IMG/VR virus record: IMGVR_UViG_3300045988_133829
Span: 19,257 to 83,256 of that record
Length of the DNA stretch: 64,000 nt
Strand: one strand, 5' to 3'
From: a virus
In this document: piece after piece, positions 24,924 to 33,628 of the stretch
How the letters are laid out: every line of letters begins with the position of its first letter
Numbering within the stretch: position 1 is the stretch's first letter
Program-made: the position numbers and the translations under genes
Notes under the pieces: model-generated
Databases searched by the model: none
Seen by the model: only the letters and a program-made list of their open reading frames with translations
What the model was told of the DNA's origin: nothing

Positions 24924-26978
24924 TTATTTAAATTCAATGGAGAGGACTCCGGTTTGAATATTTGTTAATCTAATAACTTTGTAGGCTTGGGAAGAACCAG
25001 AAGCATTAGTAACGGTCATGTCAGTTACAGTTATATCTGTATTTTTCAATCCTCCCACCCATACTTGAAGACCATTATATACATTAGCAGGGATTACATA
25101 ATAGGGGTATTTCCCACCTGTACAGTCGAAATTAGTTGACTCCATAAGTCTATTGTCTGCCCAAGTACTACCTTCTAACGCAAGAACTTGTGCATTAGTA
25201 AGTGATGTATTTGCAGAAGTACCCCAATATTTTTTGTTTTTAAAAAATACATAGTAAACCTTAGAAGCACTTTGAGAACCATACGTAGCTGTTACAGTTA
25301 GTTTTTGGTTTGCTGTAACTGCTTTTGTTGGAGTCCACGTCTGTTTATCACTTGAAATACTGCCGGATAGAGTAGGTTCACCTACAACATTTATATTAGA
25401 CTCTGATGTGACATTAGTTCCTTTACGGGAAACAGATATATTAATAGTTGGAGTGTACGAACTCCCCTTCTCAAATACAGAATTCGAAGATGGTACTATA
25501 TTTAAATTTAATGGGAACGTAGCTAGTTCTATCTCTTGAAATGTATTGAACATATCTGCTGTCATAACACCTGCTTTAGATGTTGTTACAGAAGGTATTT
25601 CAAATCCATCACCATTGTTTTGCTCTCCATTAAAGTATAAAATATCATCTTGTAGAATAATATTATTACTATAAGTGTTTACATGAAGAGTTTTAATAAC
25701 AGAGGCATTACCAGCACTTCCAAAATCTCTTTTTAATTTTGCAAAACAATCTCTAGCATCTTGCGTACCTGTCAGATTTGTGCTAGTTCCAAAGTTTGTA
25801 TAAAGAATATTACCAAGGTCACCATAAAATGCGGTTGAATGAGTAAGTCCTAATGCTAAAGCATTTCCACTACCAATATTAACCATATCCGTACCAGACC
25901 AATAGTATGACTTATTTGCATTTTGGTCAATATAAATCATATCATTACCAATAGGGTTAGATACAGAACCGCTTGTAGCACTTGTAGCAGTAAATATCTT
26001 TTTAGTAGAAGTAATATACCATTTTTGTCCTATAGTCATTCCAGATGTTGGAGCATTGGCTACAAATGCAACTAACTTATCAACGTTGTCATATCCTGCC
26101 GGGAGTTGTGATGCAGAAATCTTGCCGCTAGCATCAAGACCCGCTACGCCATTAGCCTGATTCTTATTACCAATACCGTTCTTCCATGTTTCAAGAGTAG
26201 TAACCCTTCCTGAAACGGAATTTATACTTCCATCTATCGCAGTTCTCTGTGATTTGACATAAGTGACTGTAGCAGCTACAGATGGAACGGCATCATTTGC
26301 TGTTTCTGTTCCATCAATACTAGTATCTATCTTAGACTTTGGTATAGCTGCATTTGCTTTATCATAGGCTGAATCAGCAGAATCTTGTGCATTCTGTATT
26401 CCTGCGACTAGAGTTGAAGTAATTGTATTTAATAGCTTTGTACTAGGAACTCTTGTATCTGATGCGCTACTGTCCAAAGTTGTATCAATATAGCTTTTAG
26501 GAATGGCTGCGTTAGCCGTAGTTCTTATAGGTGAAATAGTACTCTCTATCGCCTTTGATGAAGCTGGATTATTACTAGTCGCATTCCATACAGTATCAAC
26601 AGTAATTATTGGTATCCCATTAATTATTTCTGCTAAAGCATTTAATTGATTTGTAATAACTTTATTCTGTACAGGATTTTGGCTTGTTGTGCTCAATGCA
26701 GCATCTACAACCATTGAGCCTTTAGGAAGCCATTCTACCCATGCCGAGCCTGTCCATGTCCAATGTAGTCCAGTATCATTGACGCGAACAACCATACCTT
26801 TAACTTTTCTAGCCGCAGGTATAGCATCTCTTTTCGCGTTAGTGTCAACACTTCTAAAACCACCTTTACCATATTCAGCGTCATGCGTTGCGTATGTATC
26901 AAGGTCAGTAAACGGTACTATTGCCGCAGCGACCTGCGTTCCTTTTAATTCTGCCATTTGTTTTTTATTTAAATTCAA
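24924..26978 (-). CDS. tail fibre protein (684 aa)
   Basis: N-terminus is paralogous to the 192-aa fibre. The C-terminal ~100 aa are paralogous to the C-terminus of the 1239-aa protein (KKYWG...FDCTGGKYPYYVIP...VIRLTNIQTGVLSIEFK). Confidence 0.7.
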   Translation of the reverse strand: MNLNKKQMAELKGTQVAAAIVPFTDLDTYATHDAEYGKGGFRSVDTNAKRDAIPAARKVKGMVVRVNDTGLHWTWTGSAWVEWLPKGSMVVDAALSTTSQNPVQNKVITNQLNALAEIINGIPIITVDTVWNATSNNPASSKAIESTISPIRTTANAAIPKSYIDTTLDSSASDTRVPSTKLLNTITSTLVAGIQNAQDSADSAYDKANAAIPKSKIDTSIDGTETANDAVPSVAATVTYVKSQRTAIDGSINSVSGRVTTLETWKNGIGNKNQANGVAGLDASGKISASQLPAGYDNVDKLVAFVANAPTSGMTIGQKWYITSTKKIFTATSATSGSVSNPIGNDMIYIDQNANKSYYWSGTDMVNIGSGNALALGLTHSTAFYGDLGNILYTNFGTSTNLTGTQDARDCFAKLKRDFGSAGNASVIKTLHVNTYSNNIILQDDILYFNGEQNNGDGFEIPSVTTSKAGVMTADMFNTFQEIELATFPLNLNIVPSSNSVFEKGSSYTPTINISVSRKGTNVTSESNINVVGEPTLSGSISSDKQTWTPTKAVTANQKLTVTATYGSQSASKVYYVFFKNKKYWGTSANTSLTNAQVLALEGSTWADNRLMESTNFDCTGGKYPYYVIPANVYNGLQVWVGGLKNTDITVTDMTVTNASGSSQAYKVIRLTNIQTGVLSIEFK

Positions 26979-29900
26979 CTTTTAAAATACCCGTCTGAAT
27001 ATTATTTAAACGCATGACCTTATAAGTCGCGGTAACATTATATGAATTTGTAACCTGCATATCAGTTACAACAACATCATTGTTTTTAAAACCGTTTACC
27101 CAAAAGTCAACACCATCTCCATAAATATTAGACGGTATAATATAATAAATATATTTCCCACCTGTGCAATCAAAAGTAACCTCATTCATTGTACGACTAG
27201 CCCATGTGCTATCCATTGATATAACATCATAATTATTTAATTCCGTTGAAGAAGATACTCCCCAATATTTCTTCAAGGAAAATTCATAAGAAGCCGCTTT
27301 CTCAATAGTTTGGTTATTATAACTGCACTTTACTATGTATGTCTTATTTGTTGTTATGGAAGTTGGAGAATTATATTCATCCTTAGTACTGCTCACGCCT
27401 GTAGTGCTGTCGTTGACAGTAGCAGTAGTAGGCGTTACTATTTCATCCTTCCATTTTATAGTCCAATATAAATATGGCGTGACACTTTCGCCCTGTTCAA
27501 AAGTTCCTCCACCATAGAAAGTACGGAACGAAATCTTAAAAACTTCGTTCATTAATTCATTTATATTCATAGTTATAACTTTGTTTTGTACTGCATTAGT
27601 TGAATTTAAATCTAAATGGTCGTCTATAGTTAAACTTCCTCCGCCACCAGTCGGTATATTAACGGTGATAGCACTAGAACCATCATACACAGCCTGTACT
27701 GCTCCTGTAAAAGTGATAGCGTTTGGATTAGGAAGTTTAGTCGGAATATCGGGGACTTTAGTCCATGCTCTATTCTTACGTCCATACAATACTCCATCAT
27801 TAGGAGCTTCTGTTACTCCTTCCGCTACGCTCTTTCTTTCTTGTGTCCATTCAGAACTTCCTGTCTTTTTTACAAGGATTACATCTTCTGTCGCAACACC
27901 ATCTACTACTTCGTTGACATTAGATAATCCTCCTAATGTCAATACAGCAGACCTTGATTGGATGGTTGTTTCACCTTCTTGGATGAAGTCGCCATTATCC
28001 TCCTGTATGTAATCTTCATCCGATTCAAGAATAAAGTCTGTGCCACCTTCTACACTTTTACCTGTTACATATATACCATCTCGGAATACAATATTTCCAT
28101 TAGCAAAATCATCTACATCTTTTCGGATAAAGTATTTAAGTCCCATCTTCAAGAAGTCAATAGAACCAATACTTGACATAATATCCTGCTTTACAGCATC
28201 AATGGATTTTTGAACGTTTCCTTTACGGATAGTGATAGTATCTGAAAGCTCTACTGTGATTTCAGGAAGCGGGTCAGTTCCATTTACTTTATAAGTGTAT
28301 TGACTGACATAAAGTTCATGTAACTTGTCATTGTATTCTATTTGTAGCCTTGCATTTGCATCAATCTGTGAAAGCATTTCAGGAAATTCAGCAAAGAAGA
28401 TACGCTTAAAGTTAATAGAGAAGTTGAACTTTTCACTATTATTAGCAGCCATATACTTGATGATAGCTTCTTTAAGTTCGTTCTCTGCGTTACGTATATA
28501 TGCAATCGGTAGATCAATATTTGTTATAACAAAAGAATCTCCGGCTTTAGGTTTGTAATTTCTAGTATTAGATGGCATTACAGTACCAAAAGTATCTTGG
28601 TCTTTAGCTACTCTAACCCATACGTTATTAGTTCGCGTATCTTGTTGTTCTGGCTGTATATTAGCCTCATTCCATTTATCTTTTTCGTTACCTGCAACAA
28701 TATTACCGTTAGAATCTACCTGAACAGGGTTCTTGAATACTTGATTTCCATTTTCTGTATTTTCTAATACACTTAGTTTGAAATTACAAGCACCACAATT
28801 ACCCGAAGTTATAGAGAAAGTCCCATCATTTCCAGCTATTGCATGGTCGAATAGATTAAAACCGTAAGCACCATCAAATTTCCTTAATCGGATATAAAAA
28901 TAAGGATGCTCTAATTGATTTGTATTAGGGTCAATCTCGTCATTATCATCATCATCAAATGCAACTGCATCTATTTCTCCTATCTTATACCCGGCTGCAT
29001 TTTCAACTCCTTTGATAGTTGGTTTGATATAGTCAAAGGAAACAATCATTTCTTTTGGATTTCCTTCTGTATATTCATTCTCAAAGTCGTAATATCCTCC
29101 TGTTTCTGGATTAATATATGTATTATTCTTAGCATTATAGAAACGTTCAGCACCCATTGTTTCTCGATAGATAGGTGGCAAAAGGTTGGGAGAGGTAATC
29201 ATATAATCTCCTTCAACCTGTTTCTGAATGAAATAATCTCCAATAGTCGGTGTTTTAGTAATATATATACCAATATTACTAAGACTAATAGTACTATCTT
29301 TATAACTCCATAAATTATATTCTGCTGTTGATTCTCTACTTATTTCAAGAAATGCTCTTTGATTTCCATATAAATAATAATCACTAACATTTACTAAGGT
29401 AGAATAAGAACCTACTATTTTTAATTTGTTTGTTCCTTCATTAAGATTAAACGATACTGTCGTTTCAGAGTTTTGGTCGGCTTTAATTAAAACCCAATCG
29501 GTATCAGCTTCATTTCTTTTATATAAAGAAAATGAAGCAAAATCCATTTTTCTTTCAGCTTGCTTTTCTCCAAATAGAATACCGCCCTTTTGTATATAGG
29601 AATATTTTAAGTTAGCCCATAAGTTTAAAGTTAAATAAATAGTAGCCTCATCAGATAAATCTATAATAGCATAATAATCATAAGATGTTTTAAACCATTT
29701 AAAGTTTGTGGTAATACCATCACTAATGGTTGGGATAGTCTCTACTGCTTGTGTATAAGGATATTGTTCATTTAAATTAATATATAATTGAGTAGTAATA
29801 GGAAGCTTAGTCTTTTTAAATTCAACCTTTTCTTCCAATGATACTTTCTCTTTATATAAATCGTTATTTACAACTTGTATATCTTCTGTTTTAATTGAGA

Positions 29901-30684
29901 TATTATCTTCTCCTGCGATAGCCTCTACTGCTCCCTTTCTCGTATCATTTGGATAGTAATAAGGTATATTCTCGGTACTACCAATACCTGTACAGCGATT
30001 AACTATTTTATAGTTTGCGTTTGTTTTGGTTATTGTCAGTAGTTCCCTATCATAACCGTATTTAAATGTATGAGTAATAGCATTATTAGTAAATCCGATA
30101 TGGATTACCTTACCGACAAAATAATAAGGTAGTTCATAAACATTAAATACTTCTTGTAGAACTTCACTAAAATACTTGTCCTCAAACGACATTAGTTTAG
30201 CTTCGGAGGATATACCTTCGTCAATTACAACAGAATAACCTACTCCACTGTATTGTAAAGAGTAATTCAATCTTGTTGCAAACTCTGCAATATCTCCAAA
30301 GAAGGTGAACTTTGTACTATTGCTGACAAATTGGTCTACATCACCTGCATCAGGAGATACTACATCAAAGAAATAAGTATTATCCAGTTTAGTTCTATCG
30401 GATTTAAATACAAGCTCATGTTTATATCTTAAATCTGTATTTGACTTAGATGAAGTAGGTGTATCTAAAATCCAATATCTTTCTCCCCTAAATTCCACAA
30501 ATTCCCTCTGCGTCCATTCATCATCCAAGCACTTAGGATACATGAGACTGCTACTTATATTTACGCTACCCATTCTTCCCTCGGTGAATGTATAACTACT
30601 AAGGGCAGCTTGCGTTCCATCTTTAGGGAAAGATATAACGCCTAATTCCTCATCATCAGTATATATAAGTAACTTTTCTACCAT
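26965..30684 (-). CDS. large tail tip/baseplate-fibre protein (1239 aa)
   Basis: Size, position at the head of the fibre cluster, and a C-terminal domain shared with the 684-aa fibre. Confidence 0.65.
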   Translation of the reverse strand: MVEKLLIYTDDEELGVISFPKDGTQAALSSYTFTEGRMGSVNISSSLMYPKCLDDEWTQREFVEFRGERYWILDTPTSSKSNTDLRYKHELVFKSDRTKLDNTYFFDVVSPDAGDVDQFVSNSTKFTFFGDIAEFATRLNYSLQYSGVGYSVVIDEGISSEAKLMSFEDKYFSEVLQEVFNVYELPYYFVGKVIHIGFTNNAITHTFKYGYDRELLTITKTNANYKIVNRCTGIGSTENIPYYYPNDTRKGAVEAIAGEDNISIKTEDIQVVNNDLYKEKVSLEEKVEFKKTKLPITTQLYINLNEQYPYTQAVETIPTISDGITTNFKWFKTSYDYYAIIDLSDEATIYLTLNLWANLKYSYIQKGGILFGEKQAERKMDFASFSLYKRNEADTDWVLIKADQNSETTVSFNLNEGTNKLKIVGSYSTLVNVSDYYLYGNQRAFLEISRESTAEYNLWSYKDSTISLSNIGIYITKTPTIGDYFIQKQVEGDYMITSPNLLPPIYRETMGAERFYNAKNNTYINPETGGYYDFENEYTEGNPKEMIVSFDYIKPTIKGVENAAGYKIGEIDAVAFDDDDNDEIDPNTNQLEHPYFYIRLRKFDGAYGFNLFDHAIAGNDGTFSITSGNCGACNFKLSVLENTENGNQVFKNPVQVDSNGNIVAGNEKDKWNEANIQPEQQDTRTNNVWVRVAKDQDTFGTVMPSNTRNYKPKAGDSFVITNIDLPIAYIRNAENELKEAIIKYMAANNSEKFNFSINFKRIFFAEFPEMLSQIDANARLQIEYNDKLHELYVSQYTYKVNGTDPLPEITVELSDTITIRKGNVQKSIDAVKQDIMSSIGSIDFLKMGLKYFIRKDVDDFANGNIVFRDGIYVTGKSVEGGTDFILESDEDYIQEDNGDFIQEGETTIQSRSAVLTLGGLSNVNEVVDGVATEDVILVKKTGSSEWTQERKSVAEGVTEAPNDGVLYGRKNRAWTKVPDIPTKLPNPNAITFTGAVQAVYDGSSAITVNIPTGGGGSLTIDDHLDLNSTNAVQNKVITMNINELMNEVFKISFRTFYGGGTFEQGESVTPYLYWTIKWKDEIVTPTTATVNDSTTGVSSTKDEYNSPTSITTNKTYIVKCSYNNQTIEKAASYEFSLKKYWGVSSSTELNNYDVISMDSTWASRTMNEVTFDCTGGKYIYYIIPSNIYGDGVDFWVNGFKNNDVVVTDMQVTNSYNVTATYKVMRLNNIQTGILKVEFK

Positions 30685-30688
30685 TATA

Positions 30689-30719
30689 TTTGCTATTTTA
30701 AAATAAAGCCGTATATTTG
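30689..30719 (+). promoter_or_regulatory. Bacteroides-type promoter on the plus strand inside a minus-strand gene block
   Basis: -33 TTTG at 30689-30692 and -7 TATATTTG at 30712-30719 (19-nt spacer). Confidence 0.45.
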
Positions 30720-30758
30720 TATGTGTTTATTATATGGCTTTGGATAAGGACATTTTTT

Positions 30759-30805
30759 CCCACTACGTTTATCGACATTTGCGTAGTGGGGTTCTTTATT
30801 CTTTA
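30759..30805 (+). terminator. 9-bp hairpin plus T-rich tail (T tract follows on the plus strand only)
   Basis: cccactacg (30759-30767) pairs with cgtagtggg (30782-30790), followed by gttctttattctttatt. Confidence 0.55.
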
Positions 30806-31185
30806 TTATTTTCTTTCATGGATTGGTGCAACGCTTCTACCTTTTTAGTTATTAGCTCTTCGGCTCGGTCTACGAAATCAGATACGGGACACACTGCATC
30901 TTTTGGTAAATGGGAACATTTAACCCATTGTTGAATAGCTTTCTGTAATACAGAATTGGTTATTTCTATTTCACCTAATCTTCGTTCCAATTTTTGCCTT
31001 TCTTGTGCAGCCTCTAGCTTGTCCTCTTCTCTCTCTTTCTTTATAGTTTCTATTATTTCACGAAGAGTTTTTACCTCGTAGGATATTTTTTCAGGACGTG
31101 CTTTATAGAAAGCTATCAATACTGTCAATATTCCCCCACTTCCCCCTATAGCTAATGCTAATTGTATAATATTTGACCAATCCAT
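30796..31185 (-). CDS. membrane-anchored coiled-coil protein (129 aa)
   Basis: N-terminal TM IIQLALAIGGSGGILTVLIAF, then a charged heptad-like region. Confidence 0.55.
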   Translation of the reverse strand: MDWSNIIQLALAIGGSGGILTVLIAFYKARPEKISYEVKTLREIIETIKKEREEDKLEAAQERQKLERRLGEIEITNSVLQKAIQQWVKCSHLPKDAVCPVSDFVDRAEELITKKVEALHQSMKENNKE

Positions 31186-31233
31186 TATTTCTATATTTCT
31201 TTGTTAATCTTTATACAAAGATAATAATATTTT

Positions 31234-31590
31234 TTATAACACGGTATTTTTTGTACTCTTTCTTGTTTTAGAAGAAGTAGTTTTCACCGTTGGAGATTCA
31301 AGAATAGATTCGCCTAAAACAGAATTATCTTGACTAGTCCATTCGCTACTTTGCAATAAAGTATTTAGGGCATCTCCTTCATAAGTAGGATATGGATATA
31401 TTGGTTCAACAGGAGTATCTTCTCCTAGTTCAGGAAGAGTTACAGCAAGAGGAAAAAGTAATTCGTAATTTGCGACTTTCATTAATACAGATTCCCCATC
31501 TGTGCTTACTCTAGGTACTAAATGCAACTCATTTAACGTCTCTTGTGGAACTTCGTCTAAAACGGATTTTGGTAATACAATATATTTCAT
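31234..31590 (-). CDS. hypothetical protein (118 aa)
   Basis: ORF track. Confidence 0.5.
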   Translation of the reverse strand: MKYIVLPKSVLDEVPQETLNELHLVPRVSTDGESVLMKVANYELLFPLAVTLPELGEDTPVEPIYPYPTYEGDALNTLLQSSEWTSQDNSVLGESILESPTVKTTSSKTRKSTKNTVL

Positions 31591-31591
31591 C

Positions 31592-31888
31592 TTATTTTAT
31601 AATTAAGTAAATAATTAAACAAACAATATCAATCAGTATAGGATATGTCATACCCGCAAGAATATCTAGCCAATCAAACAAAGAGCCATGTTCCTTGTCT
31701 TTATATTCAGCTGACATCATAGAAGCTACTGTAGCTCCTGTAGCGATAACAGCATTAGGAATAAGTTCTATCCCTAATGCAAAACCTACTACAAAAAAAG
31801 TACAATAGATGATAGCACCCACGTATGAGTGCTTATCTCTATTGCTTTCTTTATACCAAGCTTTTATTTTTTCAATTAACTTTTTCAT
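31592..31888 (-). CDS. small multi-pass membrane protein (98 aa), holin-like topology
   Basis: Three hydrophobic segments (GAIIYCTFFVVGFALGI, AVIATGATVASMM, ILIDIVCLIIYLII); function inferred from topology only. Confidence 0.45.
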   Translation of the reverse strand: MKKLIEKIKAWYKESNRDKHSYVGAIIYCTFFVVGFALGIELIPNAVIATGATVASMMSAEYKDKEHGSLFDWLDILAGMTYPILIDIVCLIIYLIIK

Positions 31889-32055
31889 TTTATTGTATAA
31901 ATATTGGGTTATTTAAATCAATTATCTCGTTCAAATTCGCTGTGGGGAATGTAATGTATTTCATAAGTTTACTGTTAATTATCCATTTGATATTTACATA
32001 TATCTTTTATTACACTCATAATGATTTATCAAGTTTATTAGGAATGCGGTGAGTT

Positions 32056-33624
32056 TTATAGCATTTCACTCGCTGCCTTTGCCAATCGCATGATAAGGTT
32101 GTATTCAAACTGCATTTGTTCCTTGAGAGTTTGTGTCATTTTTTCATCATAACTTAAAGGTGATTGCGGTGCAAAAAAATTATATGGGTTTGCACAGCAC
32201 TCAATTAGAGTACATATACAATCTTCATCATATTGTGAAATCCAATCGTATTGAACACCAAAATAAACTTCATTTGGCATTTCCTCTACATATGTTGCAC
32301 TACTTATACAAGTATCAGCACTTTGAGGATATATGTCATTGCCTAATATGAGGTTGTTTGTTGTTGTCCTTGCTACAAGTGTTATGACATCAAGTGCGTT
32401 GTTTTTACAACCCGTTTCAATCACACAAGTATCACCATATTCAGTAACTCCTCCTGTGTGAATGTCTATTGAAACATTTGGCTTTATCTTGTTGTAAAAA
32501 TACATAAATACTTGTGTTTCATATTCACTACCAGCAGAGTTTCCACCCCAATCACCAGTTGCGTACATCGTGCTATCGCCATTAGGCTCATCACGATTAT
32601 CTCTCCAATACATTGAAGGATAATTGCGATTGAGATTTACATTGTTATAGTTAGTTCTTCCCGCAAATGGATGAGCCTCTGAACTATTATTATTGAAACC
32701 CCACGGGTTGTGACAAGGAATGACATAGAACTCCACAAGTGTTCGTAGGATTTCTGCATTCTTGTCGTTTCTCCAATTTTCGCAGATGTACTTCATCAAA
32801 TTGTAGAACGCCCACATACCTACTCTTTCTCCAGAATGCTCACCGAGAGTTATTAGTATCTTTACCTTGTTGGCATTATCACTAACCCTAATTCTTTTTG
32901 GTTTGAATGCGTAGCAATAATAGTTAATGTCATTTAGATAATCAGGCTTTGATATACTTAATGCTGAATCCGCCTCACTACTACTCCAACGAGTTATATA
33001 GTTTGGATACAATGACATTAACTCATCCCATTTTGAATAGAAATCATTGACATCTAGGCTTTCATAGAATTGTTGATTATGTTCTCCAAAAACTTTAGTA
33101 ATATCATAATCAAAGTTCAAAAAGTACGAGTAATTGTTTCTTTGTTTTTTAATGTCGTCAATTTTATTTGTTATGCTTTTGCTTTGAATAAATATTGAAT
33201 GCTCAAATGCTTTTTTATACGACACCAAGACAAAGCAATCTTCATCAGCAGTATATGAGTATTCCTTTTCAGCATCAACGCCTTTGTACTCTACACCAAG
33301 ATTTTGTAGTTGGTCTCCTACTTGTGGCTCTTTATTCGAGCCTTTTGCGAGAGCATAAAAACCACTACCACAATTAGAAAAAACATTTATAGTTTTTCCT
33401 TTTTTTAGTTCAATAGGATTGGTGACTTTCATACTTCCCGCCGCTTGAATATTAAGCGCAGTGTCGATAGCCATATTATATTCATCGGTTGGAGTGTACT
33501 CGCTTTCACCACCAACTAACCCACTTAATTGTCGTTCTATTTCCTCAAAATTTCCATCTATCCCTTGCGCAATGACTCCCCACTTTTGTTCGGAGTCTTT
33601 TGCTATATCAAATATCTTTTCCAT
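32056..33624 (-). CDS. M14-family zinc carboxypeptidase domain protein (522 aa)
   Basis: HSGER (HxxE zinc ligands), NPWGF (NPDG-like), NLNRNYP, GSEYETQ, DIHTGG, in the canonical M14 order. Confidence 0.8.
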   Translation of the reverse strand: MEKIFDIAKDSEQKWGVIAQGIDGNFEEIERQLSGLVGGESEYTPTDEYNMAIDTALNIQAAGSMKVTNPIELKKGKTINVFSNCGSGFYALAKGSNKEPQVGDQLQNLGVEYKGVDAEKEYSYTADEDCFVLVSYKKAFEHSIFIQSKSITNKIDDIKKQRNNYSYFLNFDYDITKVFGEHNQQFYESLDVNDFYSKWDELMSLYPNYITRWSSSEADSALSISKPDYLNDINYYCYAFKPKRIRVSDNANKVKILITLGEHSGERVGMWAFYNLMKYICENWRNDKNAEILRTLVEFYVIPCHNPWGFNNNSSEAHPFAGRTNYNNVNLNRNYPSMYWRDNRDEPNGDSTMYATGDWGGNSAGSEYETQVFMYFYNKIKPNVSIDIHTGGVTEYGDTCVIETGCKNNALDVITLVARTTTNNLILGNDIYPQSADTCISSATYVEEMPNEVYFGVQYDWISQYDEDCICTLIECCANPYNFFAPQSPLSYDEKMTQTLKEQMQFEYNLIMRLAKAASEML

Positions 33625-33628
33625 AATA

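Noticed and set aside
24924-30684. Diversity-generating retroelement (TR/VR) explanation for the similar fibre C-termini
   Set aside because: The window has no reverse transcriptase ORF. The two copies are similar only at protein level and show no adenine-specific mismatch pattern at DNA level.
30734-30934. 66-aa plus-strand ORF downstream of the 30712 promoter
   Set aside because: It runs through the terminator hairpin and is antisense to 30796..31185. A short non-coding RNA is the more economical reading.
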